From the NCBI GenBank assembly GCA_014191855.1, contig BJHF01000018.1:3990-67989 (forward strand): DNA of 64,000 nucleotides. Reading direction: 5' to 3'. The notes beneath the pieces are model-generated. The model did not search any database. It was not told the DNA's origin and saw nothing but the letters and a program-made list of their open reading frames with translations. Below are positions 17,055-26,015 of the stretch, piece after piece. How positions within the stretch are numbered: the stretch's first letter is position 1; every line of letters begins with the position of its first letter. Both the position numbers and the translations under genes were made by a program. This stretch comes from Deltaproteobacteria bacterium (GTDB lineage: Bacteria > Myxococcota_A > UBA796 > SXON01).

Positions 17055-18680
17055 TCAGCCCGTGAGCCCGTGTGGGGGCTTTCCATCCCGCACCAGCCGC
17101 ACCGCCTGGTGCGCAAAGCGCCGGATCGGGCGCTCCGATAGCGGATTTTTCAGGAAACGAGCGGCGGCCTGCATCGGTGCGGGGTCATCGAGCCGCCTCG
17201 ACTCCGCCTCCGCCGCCACCAACGTCTTCACGTCGTGGGCGAAGAAAATCGCACGGGCGGTGTGATCCTCCAGCACCCAGGCCTGAAGCTCGGCGAAGGA
17301 GGCCCCCTCTGGCGCCGAACCGGCGCTGACCGCATCCCCCGGACCATCGAGCGGACGCGCGAGGTTCACGAAGTGGGCCACCGACAAGAGCAATCTCGCG
17401 CCGTCTGGATGCGCCCACCGCCCTACCGCCTGCCGCGCGGCGTTCGCCGACGTGAACCGGTGCGTCACATCCAGCCACCCCTCCTCCACGGTCGGGTCTG
17501 CGTCGTGATGAAGGTCGAACCTCAGTATCCGCTCCGCGCCGGCGAGCACCAACGCGTTCACCACCGTGTCCCACCGGCCCGACGTTAACGCCGCCGCCAC
17601 GGCGCCGAAACACGCCGCCGCGGTGCCCTCGCCGATCTCACGGACCAGCACGGCCTCTGCATCGAGGTCGCGCACGCCTTCCGAGCGCGCAGCGAACGCG
17701 CGGGCCGGACCGTCCTCCGCCACGAACGCCACCCACCGCGCCCGAAACGCCCTCCATGTGGGGAGCAGGTCTTCGCGCGTACCGTTGGTGATGCCGAACA
17801 CCAGCCCGCCAAGCAGCGAATCCGCCTGCTTCGGCCCGGCGGCGTCGAGGAGATCGAGGGCTTTGCCGACGTAGATCAGCTCGTGCCCGAAGTCGAGGAA
17901 GTGATCGGCCACAAGCGGGTACAGCGCCACCTCAAGCTGCGACCGCGACCACCCGGCCAGCACCATCCCGCGCACCCAGGCCTCCGCCCCGACGGCATCC
18001 TCGGCCTCGACCCGTTCGCGAAGGCCATTCAAGGCGGCGGCACCATCCTCCACCCGCGCCGGTTCCGGCCGCGCCCGGGGCACGAGCCCCACGACGCTAC
18101 GGGCCGCGAGGTCCAGCGCCTCGGTCACCACCTGCACCCGGTGCTCCTCCAGAGAAACCCCCGCCGGCGGGCGATCCAACCATCCCACCAGGTCCGACGC
18201 CAGCGCCGTCGCGTGACCGAGCCCGTACTCGCAACGGTCGGCATCCCAGGCCGCGCCCCAAGCCAACAATTCCGTCGCTGGAACCCCGGCCGCGAGTAAA
18301 CGACACACGTCTCGCGCCACCCGGGACATCTGCACCCGCCGCATCCCCTCGGTCAGGCTCGCCCAAACGGCCGCAGCGTCGATGGACAGATCCCGGCGAA
18401 CCTCCACGATCCCATCCACCACACGGACCTCGTGCGTGCGCGCCGCCTCCTCGCCCATCACACACGCGCCGGTTTGCGCGTCGAACTTGAAGTTGTGCCA
18501 AGGGCACGTGACAATGCAGCCCGCCACCGTGCCTTGCGACAGCGGATATCCCTGGTGCGGGCAGGCGTTCTCCATTGCGAACAGTCGGCCGTCGGTGGAA
18601 TGGACGACGAGCACCCCCTGGCGCGCCTTCATGGCACCAGCGGGGAGCTCAGCGAGGGGGAAAAGTGGGGTCCAGTTCAT
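17055..18680 (-). CDS. Rieske [2Fe-2S] ferredoxin domain fused to a large helical domain of unknown function
   Basis: CPHQG...CPWH Rieske motif in the first ~90 aa from ATG 18680. Confidence 0.82.
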   Translation of the reverse strand: MNWTPLFPLAELPAGAMKARQGVLVVHSTDGRLFAMENACPHQGYPLSQGTVAGCIVTCPWHNFKFDAQTGACVMGEEAARTHEVRVVDGIVEVRRDLSIDAAAVWASLTEGMRRVQMSRVARDVCRLLAAGVPATELLAWGAAWDADRCEYGLGHATALASDLVGWLDRPPAGVSLEEHRVQVVTEALDLAARSVVGLVPRARPEPARVEDGAAALNGLRERVEAEDAVGAEAWVRGMVLAGWSRSQLEVALYPLVADHFLDFGHELIYVGKALDLLDAAGPKQADSLLGGLVFGITNGTREDLLPTWRAFRARWVAFVAEDGPARAFAARSEGVRDLDAEAVLVREIGEGTAAACFGAVAAALTSGRWDTVVNALVLAGAERILRFDLHHDADPTVEEGWLDVTHRFTSANAARQAVGRWAHPDGARLLLSVAHFVNLARPLDGPGDAVSAGSAPEGASFAELQAWVLEDHTARAIFFAHDVKTLVAAEAESRRLDDPAPMQAAARFLKNPLSERPIRRFAHQAVRLVRDGKPPHGLTG

Positions 18681-18721
18681 GATCCGAGGATAGCCGCGCG
18701 GGTGTCGTGCTGCCGGCCCGA

Positions 18722-18739
18722 CCGACAACCTGTTGTCGG
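18722..18739. promoter_or_regulatory. Inverted repeat, candidate operator in a divergent intergenic region
   Basis: CCGACAAC-CT-GTTGTCGG, followed by a second imperfect palindrome CGTCCAATATTTGGGCG. Confidence 0.4.
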
Positions 18740-18888
18740 GTCGTCCAATATTTGGGCGATGGGGTAGCTCGCCGCACTTCGCGGCCAGGTAACGGGGCCA
18801 ACGGGCGTCGCTCCCCATCGCGGCGGCCGGCGCAAGCGGCCGGCAGCGCATCGACAGCGCTGACTTTGGAAGCTACTTTCGTCCCGAG

Positions 18889-20649
18889 TTGGAGCGCGGA
18901 TTGGCGCGGCGGCTTCTGGCAAGTTCCCTGGTCGCCGCATCCCTGGCCTGCTCGGATCATGGGCTTGATCCGTTGCCGGACCCCTGCGAGGATCCCGTTG
19001 TCGTCGGGCCTTCGGTGCCGGATGCGTCGTGTTCTCGAGACGTTCCGGTCCTCCCGGTCGTCGATGCTTTCTCCGTTCGAGAGCTGTGGCGGTGGCCCGC
19101 GCAGGCCCCCACGGGAAACACTCGCGCACCGTATGGCGTGCCGCTTGTCGCGCCGATCGAGGACACGAACGGGGATGGGCGGTTGAGCGAACTTGACACC
19201 ACCGGCGTCTTCTTTGTAGGGCACGTGGCCGAGACTGGCGATGAACGCCTGATCTCGCTGGAGTCGGCCACGGGGACCGTTCGCTGGATCAGCGACCAAC
19301 CCGCGGATCAGGTCGTCTACGCAATCGCGGACATTGACAATGATGACGTAAACGACGTCGTGTCCATGACGGGGATCTACGGAGCCCTCGCGCTGCGAGC
19401 CTCAGATGGGAGGATGGTGTGGACATCCAACGCCGAGGAGCGCTGGTGGACGGAGATCGCCGACCTCACCGGTGACGGCGATGCGGAGCTGGTATCTCCG
19501 CCCTACGTCGCCGATGGCGAATCTGGGGCCGTTGAGTTCGCCCTGCCAGAGACTGCGCTCCTGGACGTCCCGGTGGTGGCCGACATCGACCTCGACGGAG
19601 CTCAAGAGATCCTGGTCGACGGGATCGTGTACGACGCACAGGGCGACCCCCAATGGCGCGCACCCGGCGCGGAGCGCTACGGCTGGACGGAGGGTGTTCC
19701 CCTGCAATTGGACGACGACCCGGAGGCGGAGCTGCTCTGGCTCGGTTGGGACGAATTGAGCGTCACGGAACACGACGGGACTGTACTCGGCGGCCAGAGC
19801 CATCACGACGACGAAGGCTGGCTGAGCACCAGACCGCCCTGCGCGGGGGACTTCGATGGGGACGGGGCACCCGACATCGCCTTCGGCCACTCGGGCGGCC
19901 TGCGCGCACAGACCGCCCTTGGCACACTGCTTTGGGAAGCCGGGCTTACGGGCGTCGACACGTCGACCTACTGTTCCGTCTTCGACTTCAACGGGGATGG
20001 GCTCCAGGATGTGGTGCTCGCGAATGGAGCGCGCGTGTCGATCTTCTCAGGTCTAGACGGCGAGGAGCATGTCATCAGCGAGACGATTGGCGCACGCGAC
20101 GGCGTCCGTTGGGCGTCGGTGGTCGATCTAGACCGTGACGGGCACGCCGAGCTCCTTACCTTTGAACCTGCGGAGTCCGGAGGATTCCTGCACGCTTACG
20201 GGCACGCGGGGGAGGGCTGGCCCCCGGCGGGCCCCACGTGGACCAGCCACAGCTTCGCAGGAACGAACGGCAATCCGGGCGGACACGTGCCCCGCAGTCC
20301 GGTGCCCACTTGGCTTTCGTCGAACACCTGGCGAGGGCGCACCGCGGCCGAGGCGGAGTTGTTGGCCGATCTCCAGGTGGCGGCGCAGCTCTGCACCCGG
20401 TCTGGATTGGTTCGCACGCTCCTCGAGAATCGCGGCGGCCAGGCCATCGCAGGGGTGGTGCTGGAGCTGTTGGCCGACGGCGTGAAAATCGACGAGGTTG
20501 AAGTCGGCCTGGTGGAAGGGGGCAGCCTGGTCGACGGGATCACGCTCGATCCACAGGGACACGAGAACCTCGTCGTGAAGGTCACCGCGAGCGATCCATC
20601 GGAGGAGTGTGACACTGAAACAACACGGGCCAGGTTGGAGAGTAGTTGA
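18889..20649 (+). CDS. FG-GAP/VCBS repeat lipoprotein (beta-propeller) with C-terminal Ig/CARDB-like domain
   Basis: Lipobox-like VAASLAC and about eight DxDxDG-type motifs (DTNGDG, DIDNDD, DLTGDG, DIDLDG, QLDDDP, DFDGDG, DFNGDG, DLDRDG). Confidence 0.82.
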   Translation: MERGLARRLLASSLVAASLACSDHGLDPLPDPCEDPVVVGPSVPDASCSRDVPVLPVVDAFSVRELWRWPAQAPTGNTRAPYGVPLVAPIEDTNGDGRLSELDTTGVFFVGHVAETGDERLISLESATGTVRWISDQPADQVVYAIADIDNDDVNDVVSMTGIYGALALRASDGRMVWTSNAEERWWTEIADLTGDGDAELVSPPYVADGESGAVEFALPETALLDVPVVADIDLDGAQEILVDGIVYDAQGDPQWRAPGAERYGWTEGVPLQLDDDPEAELLWLGWDELSVTEHDGTVLGGQSHHDDEGWLSTRPPCAGDFDGDGAPDIAFGHSGGLRAQTALGTLLWEAGLTGVDTSTYCSVFDFNGDGLQDVVLANGARVSIFSGLDGEEHVISETIGARDGVRWASVVDLDRDGHAELLTFEPAESGGFLHAYGHAGEGWPPAGPTWTSHSFAGTNGNPGGHVPRSPVPTWLSSNTWRGRTAAEAELLADLQVAAQLCTRSGLVRTLLENRGGQAIAGVVLELLADGVKIDEVEVGLVEGGSLVDGITLDPQGHENLVVKVTASDPSEECDTETTRARLESS

Positions 20650-21040
20650 GTGACTGGCGACGACCAGGAGCGGCTACACGCCGGCCGGTATGACCCCGGC
20701 ACCCCAAGGCGGCACCGCGAGGCGATCCTCCTGACGCCTGACGACGCAGCCGGACACGCCCGCGGCCTCGGGACGACCATCCCCACCCAAACGAAACACG
20801 AGCCGGAGCATCCCCACCCAAAAGCAACCATGCCTGTCGCCGCTGCGACCACTCCCTCGCCTCGCCACGGACAAACCCCGCGTTTGGCGATGCGTAACAC
20901 TCGAGATCGCCGGCAAGGAGCCGCCGCGTTGCATCCAGGGTGGGATGCGATCAACTCCGTTTCACCCAGCCGGGGATGCTCGGCTTCGGGGCGGCGATCT
21001 GGACGCCGCGGCGAGCGCACGCCCATGATATGCCCAGCCA

Positions 21041-22642
21041 ATGTGGATGGTTTTGCTGCTATCGATTTTCCGGCCGGCACACGCCTGCCGCCCGGAGCGG
21101 GAGGACTACGCCCAGAAGGTCGTTCCGCCCGATGGCGAGACCGGCTTCCCAACCGACGGCGCCATCCGGGTGCTCACGAGCGGCACCGGCGCCCGCGAGG
21201 TCGTACCAGAACTGGCCCAGGAGTACCGCCTGCGAGGCCCCGACGGCGATCTGGTTGCCTGGAGGGCGCACGTGCACGACCTGCTCCTCACGCTGGTCCC
21301 CAATGCGGCGCTCCGACCCGAGGCCGCGTACGTCATCGAGCGGAAGTTCCTCTATCGGGGCGGCCTGTTGCTCACCGACAGCCTACGGATGCGTCTGGCG
21401 CTTTCCATGGCGGACGCTCCCCCCTCCGACGCTGGGCTGCGCTGGTACCCCGAGGCGAGATTCACCACCTCCGCCGGCTCGGAATCGCGGCCGCAGCAGC
21501 CCGCCGTTTCGGTTTCGGGGACGTGGCAATCCGCCGGAAGTTGCGGGCCCGGAGAGCATCTGGAAATCACCGCTACGTTACCAGCCGGGGCGCTCGCAAC
21601 AGACCTCTACATCCTTGAGGTGCGCGATCAGGCCGCCGTGGGATTCACGACCGTCAACCTGGATCGCCCCCAGGCGTACTTCGGCATCGGCCACGACACG
21701 AACCACCCGACGGGTCCGCACATCGATGTGGAGCGGGACCTCGAGGTTCGCGCGAGTCTGCTAACGGCCGCGGGCGCACGCCTCGGCACGTCGGATTGGG
21801 TCATCGCGACGTCCAAGGATGCCGACGCCCACGTCGCGTCGCGTCACCCGCACGACGACGTCGGCGGTTGGGTTCATGCGTGGGGCACTGCCGTCCACAC
21901 GGCATTCTTCGCGTCGCCGGACGATGACTCGCCCCGAGAGGCGCCTCCCGGCCCCGAGGGATGCCCGTTCGGCTTGGTCGCCACGGAGCTCAGCGTGGAG
22001 CCAGTGGGTGCGCTGCTGGCGAGCAAGTCCGGTGACATGCGGGGCAGAGGTCGTTGGCGGCTCCAGTGGGGGCCGCGCGGGCTCGTCACCTTTCCCGACG
22101 TCCCGTTCTATTCGACGCGTCCTCGGTTCACCTACCGGGTCGCCGGCAGCGGCGTTCGCGCGGCTGGAACGGCGCGACACTCGGTGGAGTACGCGAGCGA
22201 GGTGCTCGGGATCCCGCTGGCCGATCAACCCAGCGTCGTCCTGGCCCGATCCGGCACAGGGAGCGTGGCCGCGTGGATCACCGAGGATCTCGCGCAGGTT
22301 GCCTGGCTGGATCGTGGCGGGGGCACGACGGGCCCGTTCACCCTGCCGGCCAGCAGCGGACACGCCCGGCCGGAGCTCGCTGTCGTGGATCGCGACGGTC
22401 TCGCTGCAGTTGCCTGGAGCGACGGTCGTTCCGATGGCTGGAGCGCGGCCGTCGTGGACCGCTCCGGACGATCTTCCGCGAGCCTGGCGCAACCGAGAGG
22501 CGACAGCTTCGCGCTGGGCGTCGTTGGGCGAGACTTCGTGGCCGCAGACCTCCAGTGGCAGCGTGATCCGCCCCGCGCGCTCCGCCTCGATTGCCGCCTC
22601 GAAGCGCCCTTCGGCGCCCCAGAGGTGCTCGCCACGGAGTGA
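21041..22642 (+). CDS. Hypothetical secreted protein
   Basis: Signal peptide MWMVLLLSIFRPAHA-C; 533-aa open frame with an Ig-like N-terminal region. Confidence 0.65.
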   Translation: MWMVLLLSIFRPAHACRPEREDYAQKVVPPDGETGFPTDGAIRVLTSGTGAREVVPELAQEYRLRGPDGDLVAWRAHVHDLLLTLVPNAALRPEAAYVIERKFLYRGGLLLTDSLRMRLALSMADAPPSDAGLRWYPEARFTTSAGSESRPQQPAVSVSGTWQSAGSCGPGEHLEITATLPAGALATDLYILEVRDQAAVGFTTVNLDRPQAYFGIGHDTNHPTGPHIDVERDLEVRASLLTAAGARLGTSDWVIATSKDADAHVASRHPHDDVGGWVHAWGTAVHTAFFASPDDDSPREAPPGPEGCPFGLVATELSVEPVGALLASKSGDMRGRGRWRLQWGPRGLVTFPDVPFYSTRPRFTYRVAGSGVRAAGTARHSVEYASEVLGIPLADQPSVVLARSGTGSVAAWITEDLAQVAWLDRGGGTTGPFTLPASSGHARPELAVVDRDGLAAVAWSDGRSDGWSAAVVDRSGRSSASLAQPRGDSFALGVVGRDFVAADLQWQRDPPRALRLDCRLEAPFGAPEVLATE

Positions 22643-22657
22643 CCGCCCTCCCCATCG

Positions 22658-23584
22658 TCAGCAAGGCCCCCTCAACGGATCGCCTGCGCGCGCGGGCGCG
22701 ACGTCGCCCCATTCGTCGTACCCCACGCTCCAGCCCGCACCCATCCCCACCCCCAAGACATCCCGTGCGGCTTCCGCGTCTGTCGGGGGCTCCACCCAGA
22801 CCAGTCGGGCGGGTGCGCCGCTCACGCAGAGCTCGCCTACCACGAGATCATCCGCGGTGAAGCCGTCGCTCGCGGCATCCTCGTAGAGGAGCACGCGTTC
22901 CACGGCGCCCGCGGTGCGGGGCTCGTAGACCGTGGACGACCGCACGACCTCGCCCATGTGGGAGTCCGGCGGTGCGCCGGCGAGGGGGATCGTGGCACGA
23001 GCGGCGGCCAACGAGTCGAACAGCAGCGCGGGCAGCGCCCCCCCGTCGGCGAACCAGGCCTCGGGAACGAGCACGATCCGCCTCCCCGCCGCATCTCCCA
23101 GCGCCAGCGCCACCGCGATGTCCAGCGCTTCGTCCGGAGGAAACATCTCCAAGGCGATCAATTGGGGATCAGCCACCCCGGTCCCCTGGCTGAACACCGA
23201 CTCCACCACCGCCCAGCCGGTGCCATGGTCGAAGGGCGCGTCGAGCACCCCGTCCTCGCCGCCTGAGCTGTCCACGAAGTGTTGGAGCCACCGCTCCGAC
23301 GCGCCCACGAACACCCCGTCGTCCTGCACTTGCGACACCTTGGCCGACACGTCGCCGAGCACCTCGGGGAGCGGCAAGGTCCCCGTCGCGCCGTCCACCG
23401 CAACCCGCGTGAACGCCTCGCCGTCAACCGTGAGCACCAGATCCCCACCAAGCGCCGCGTCCACACCCGTCACGTCCACGTCGGTCAGCGCCGTCCACGC
23501 CCCGCCAAACGGATCACACCCCGATAGCGCCAGCGCGACACACGTCGCACGCCCGGTGTGCGCGAATGCGCGCCCCGCCTTCAT
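22658..23584 (-). CDS. Hypothetical lipoprotein
   Basis: Lipobox-like VALALSGC near ATG 23584; acidic, beta-rich mature region. Confidence 0.6.
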   Translation of the reverse strand: MKAGRAFAHTGRATCVALALSGCDPFGGAWTALTDVDVTGVDAALGGDLVLTVDGEAFTRVAVDGATGTLPLPEVLGDVSAKVSQVQDDGVFVGASERWLQHFVDSSGGEDGVLDAPFDHGTGWAVVESVFSQGTGVADPQLIALEMFPPDEALDIAVALALGDAAGRRIVLVPEAWFADGGALPALLFDSLAAARATIPLAGAPPDSHMGEVVRSSTVYEPRTAGAVERVLLYEDAASDGFTADDLVVGELCVSGAPARLVWVEPPTDAEAARDVLGVGMGAGWSVGYDEWGDVAPARAGDPLRGPC

Positions 23585-24144
23585 CCCACCCCACCCCTGC
23601 AAAACAACAGTAAGTCCCTCGGACTCCACACGTGATCGGGCCCCGACCAATACCCCCGCAACCACAACTCCTGGCCAACCCGGCGAAGGTAAAAGCCCTT
23701 GGGTGTGGTGTCGCTGTCGTCGATCGGCGGCGACGCGATGGTGATGGAACCGCCGGGTGCCCGACCGTGTGTCAGCGGCAGGCCGTCTGCCGAATCCGCC
23801 TGTTCCGGGAACTGCAACCTCAGGTGCGGCCCCAACTCTAACGGACACTCGTGCAGCCCCACTTCCAACGCACGCAGGGTAATATCGCCATACGTCGCTC
23901 CGGAGGGGAAGCCAAGCTCAAACACGGAGATCGCCACGATCTCCACGACCGTCGGCTCGGATCGGCTCACAAACCGGAGATCCGCGAACAGCGCCTCCGC
24001 GGCGGTGTTGAGCTGGACGCCCTGCGCCCGCAGCCCACAAAGCAGCTCCAACCGGCTCAGTCCGCCGATCCATACCGCACTTGGCACGACCCCATTGGGC
24101 GATGGGGCAGGCCTCGTTTCGGGGCCATGTCCCTCGCTCCCCAT
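23581..24144 (-). CDS. Conserved hypothetical protein
   Basis: ELGF..GAT...CPLELGPHLRLQ...SITIAS...PKGFYLRR...LWLRGY pattern resembles a widespread uncharacterised family. Start at 24144 (ATG) or 24165 (TTG). Confidence 0.72.
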   Translation of the reverse strand: MGSEGHGPETRPAPSPNGVVPSAVWIGGLSRLELLCGLRAQGVQLNTAAEALFADLRFVSRSEPTVVEIVAISVFELGFPSGATYGDITLRALEVGLHECPLELGPHLRLQFPEQADSADGLPLTHGRAPGGSITIASPPIDDSDTTPKGFYLRRVGQELWLRGYWSGPDHVWSPRDLLLFCRGGVG

Positions 24145-24161
24145 CGCGGCGCCTCGAGGCT

Positions 24162-24866
24162 TCAATCGCGAACGCCGATGGCGTCATACCGCAGGGTACA
24201 CACGGTGTTGCCGCTTCCATCGAGTGCGTACAGCGTGACCGTACCGTCGATGGTTCCGTCGTATTTCCCCTTCACCCCCCAGTAGATGAGCGCGTCGTAC
24301 TTGGCGGCGGGGCAGTCGAGCGCGCCGTCCACGAACGTGCACTCGAAGTCCACGTCCGTCTCGTAGACGTTGCGGTCCGCACCGTAGGAGGCGATGGCCT
24401 CCCCGTCGAGGTTGTCGCCGCCGGCGGCCGTGAGCTCCAGATCGAAGCGCTCGAGCGTGACCGTACTTCCCTCGCAGTCCTTTTCGTCGTCGGACGAGAA
24501 CGACCAGGTACCCGCGAGATCGGCGGCGGTGGCGGCGCTGCCGTCGGCGCAGGCGGGCTCGTTGGGGTTCGCATCGTTGAGGGTAGCGAGCCCCGCTTCA
24601 CAGGCTGCGGCGCACTGCGACGCGGAGGCCTCGTCGGCCCAGCACGTGCCTGAGGTTCCGTAGGCGCCCTGCACGCTGGCGAGGGTCTCGGCGTCCACGG
24701 CCGCGAGGCAGTCGAGGTAGGCCGCGCAGGCCGGGTCCTGATCCACGCCGTCGTCGCCGACCCCCACCCCGTCGATCGCCGAAGCCGTGTCGGTCGAGTC
24801 GAAGAGGCCGGTGCACGCGATGAGGCCGAGAACGCCGGGGAGGAGGGGCAGCGAGAGGGTTCGCAT
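24162..24866 (-). CDS. Cys-rich hypothetical lipoprotein
   Basis: MRTLSLPLLPGVLGLIAC lipobox and CAAYLDC...GTCW...QCAAAC domain. Confidence 0.72.
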   Translation of the reverse strand: MRTLSLPLLPGVLGLIACTGLFDSTDTASAIDGVGVGDDGVDQDPACAAYLDCLAAVDAETLASVQGAYGTSGTCWADEASASQCAAACEAGLATLNDANPNEPACADGSAATAADLAGTWSFSSDDEKDCEGSTVTLERFDLELTAAGGDNLDGEAIASYGADRNVYETDVDFECTFVDGALDCPAAKYDALIYWGVKGKYDGTIDGTVTLYALDGSGNTVCTLRYDAIGVRD

Positions 24867-25002
24867 CACGAGCTCGTTGAGGGCCCAGCGAGCATAACCC
24901 CGGGTGCAACGCGGTGAGCCGCGACTGCGCCTGCCGAGGGACCTGGCCGCGCTCACCGCCCACCTTCGCCTCCCGTGACATTCCCGTGATACTGCGGGGG
25001 CC

Positions 25003-25944
25003 ATGTCCGGCATCGCCGTCGTATCCAACCCCCGCTCCCGCCAGAACAAACGCGACCCCGGCCTCAGCGGCCAGATGTCGTTCATGCTTGGCAAAAAGGG
25101 GAAGGTGGCCCAGCCGAACACGCGCGAGGAGCTGGTGGAGCAGGCTCGCCGCTTTCGCGACGAGAACATCGACATCCTGGCGGTGAACGGGGGCGACGGC
25201 ACGCTGCACGTCGTGCTCACCGCGTTCATCGAGGCCTATGAGGGCGCGCCGCTACCGCCGGTGGCCATCCTGCGGGGTGGAACGATGAACACCATCGCGA
25301 GCGGCCTGGGCATCAAGGGATCGCCGGCGGAGCTGCTCTCGGCCTTGTTGCTGCGCTTTCATACCGACCAGCACATGCCGTACGCCGAGCGAAACATCCT
25401 GCGTATCGAAGGCGGGGAGAAGGCCGAGTACGGGTTCCTGTTCGGCAATGGGCTCCTGAGTAATTTCCTCGCGGAGCACTACGCTGCGGCCGATCCGAGC
25501 CCGCTCTCGGCCGCCTGGCTGCTCGTCCGCGCCATCGCGTCCGCGCTGTACCGGGGGGAGCTGATCCAGCGGCTGAGCGCCCCCGCGCAGTGCCGGGCGG
25601 AGGCGGACGGCGTGGCCTGGCCAGCCGAGCGTTACCTTACCGTGGCGATCGGAACGGTCGATGACATCGGATTCCGCTTTCGCCCCTTCTTCGAGGCGCT
25701 TCGACACCCGGGCCGGATGCACGCCCTCGGATTTGCTTGCGACGCATTGGGCATGGTGAAGACGCTGCCCCGGGTGCGCATGGCCCTCCCGATCGATGCA
25801 CCAAATGTGTACAGCGCGGTGCCCGAGCGGGTGGTCCTGTCGTCGTCCGCGCCCATGCCGTTCATGGTGGATGGGGACTTCCACCCCGCGGGGCAGACGA
25901 TCACGATCACGGTGGGTCCGCGGATCCGATTCGTACTTCCTTAG
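25003..25944 (+). CDS. Diacylglycerol/sphingosine kinase family lipid kinase
   Basis: NPRS, NGGDGTL, LRGGTMNTIA and MVDGD motifs. Confidence 0.88.
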   Translation: MSGIAVVSNPRSRQNKRDPGLSGQMSFMLGKKGKVAQPNTREELVEQARRFRDENIDILAVNGGDGTLHVVLTAFIEAYEGAPLPPVAILRGGTMNTIASGLGIKGSPAELLSALLLRFHTDQHMPYAERNILRIEGGEKAEYGFLFGNGLLSNFLAEHYAAADPSPLSAAWLLVRAIASALYRGELIQRLSAPAQCRAEADGVAWPAERYLTVAIGTVDDIGFRFRPFFEALRHPGRMHALGFACDALGMVKTLPRVRMALPIDAPNVYSAVPERVVLSSSAPMPFMVDGDFHPAGQTITITVGPRIRFVLP

Positions 25945-26000
25945 GCTTTAGGCTTTAGGCTTTAGGCTGGAGGGAGACGAGAGGCGAGAGGCGCGAGACC
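25941..26000. repeat. Two adjacent heptamer tandem arrays
   Basis: (TTAGGCT)x4 at 25941-25968, then degenerate GAGACGA-GAGGCGA-GAGGCGC-GAGACC at 25974-26000. Confidence 0.9.
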
Positions 26001-26015
26001 TTCCGCTGCTGCCCA

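Noticed and set aside
20778-20822. Possible CRISPR mini-array
   Set aside because: Only two 14-bp repeats with a 17-bp spacer and no cas genes.
25941-25968. Telomere-like repeat (TTAGGC-containing)
   Set aside because: Only four 7-bp units, internal to a bacterial gene-dense region. Kept as a microsatellite only.
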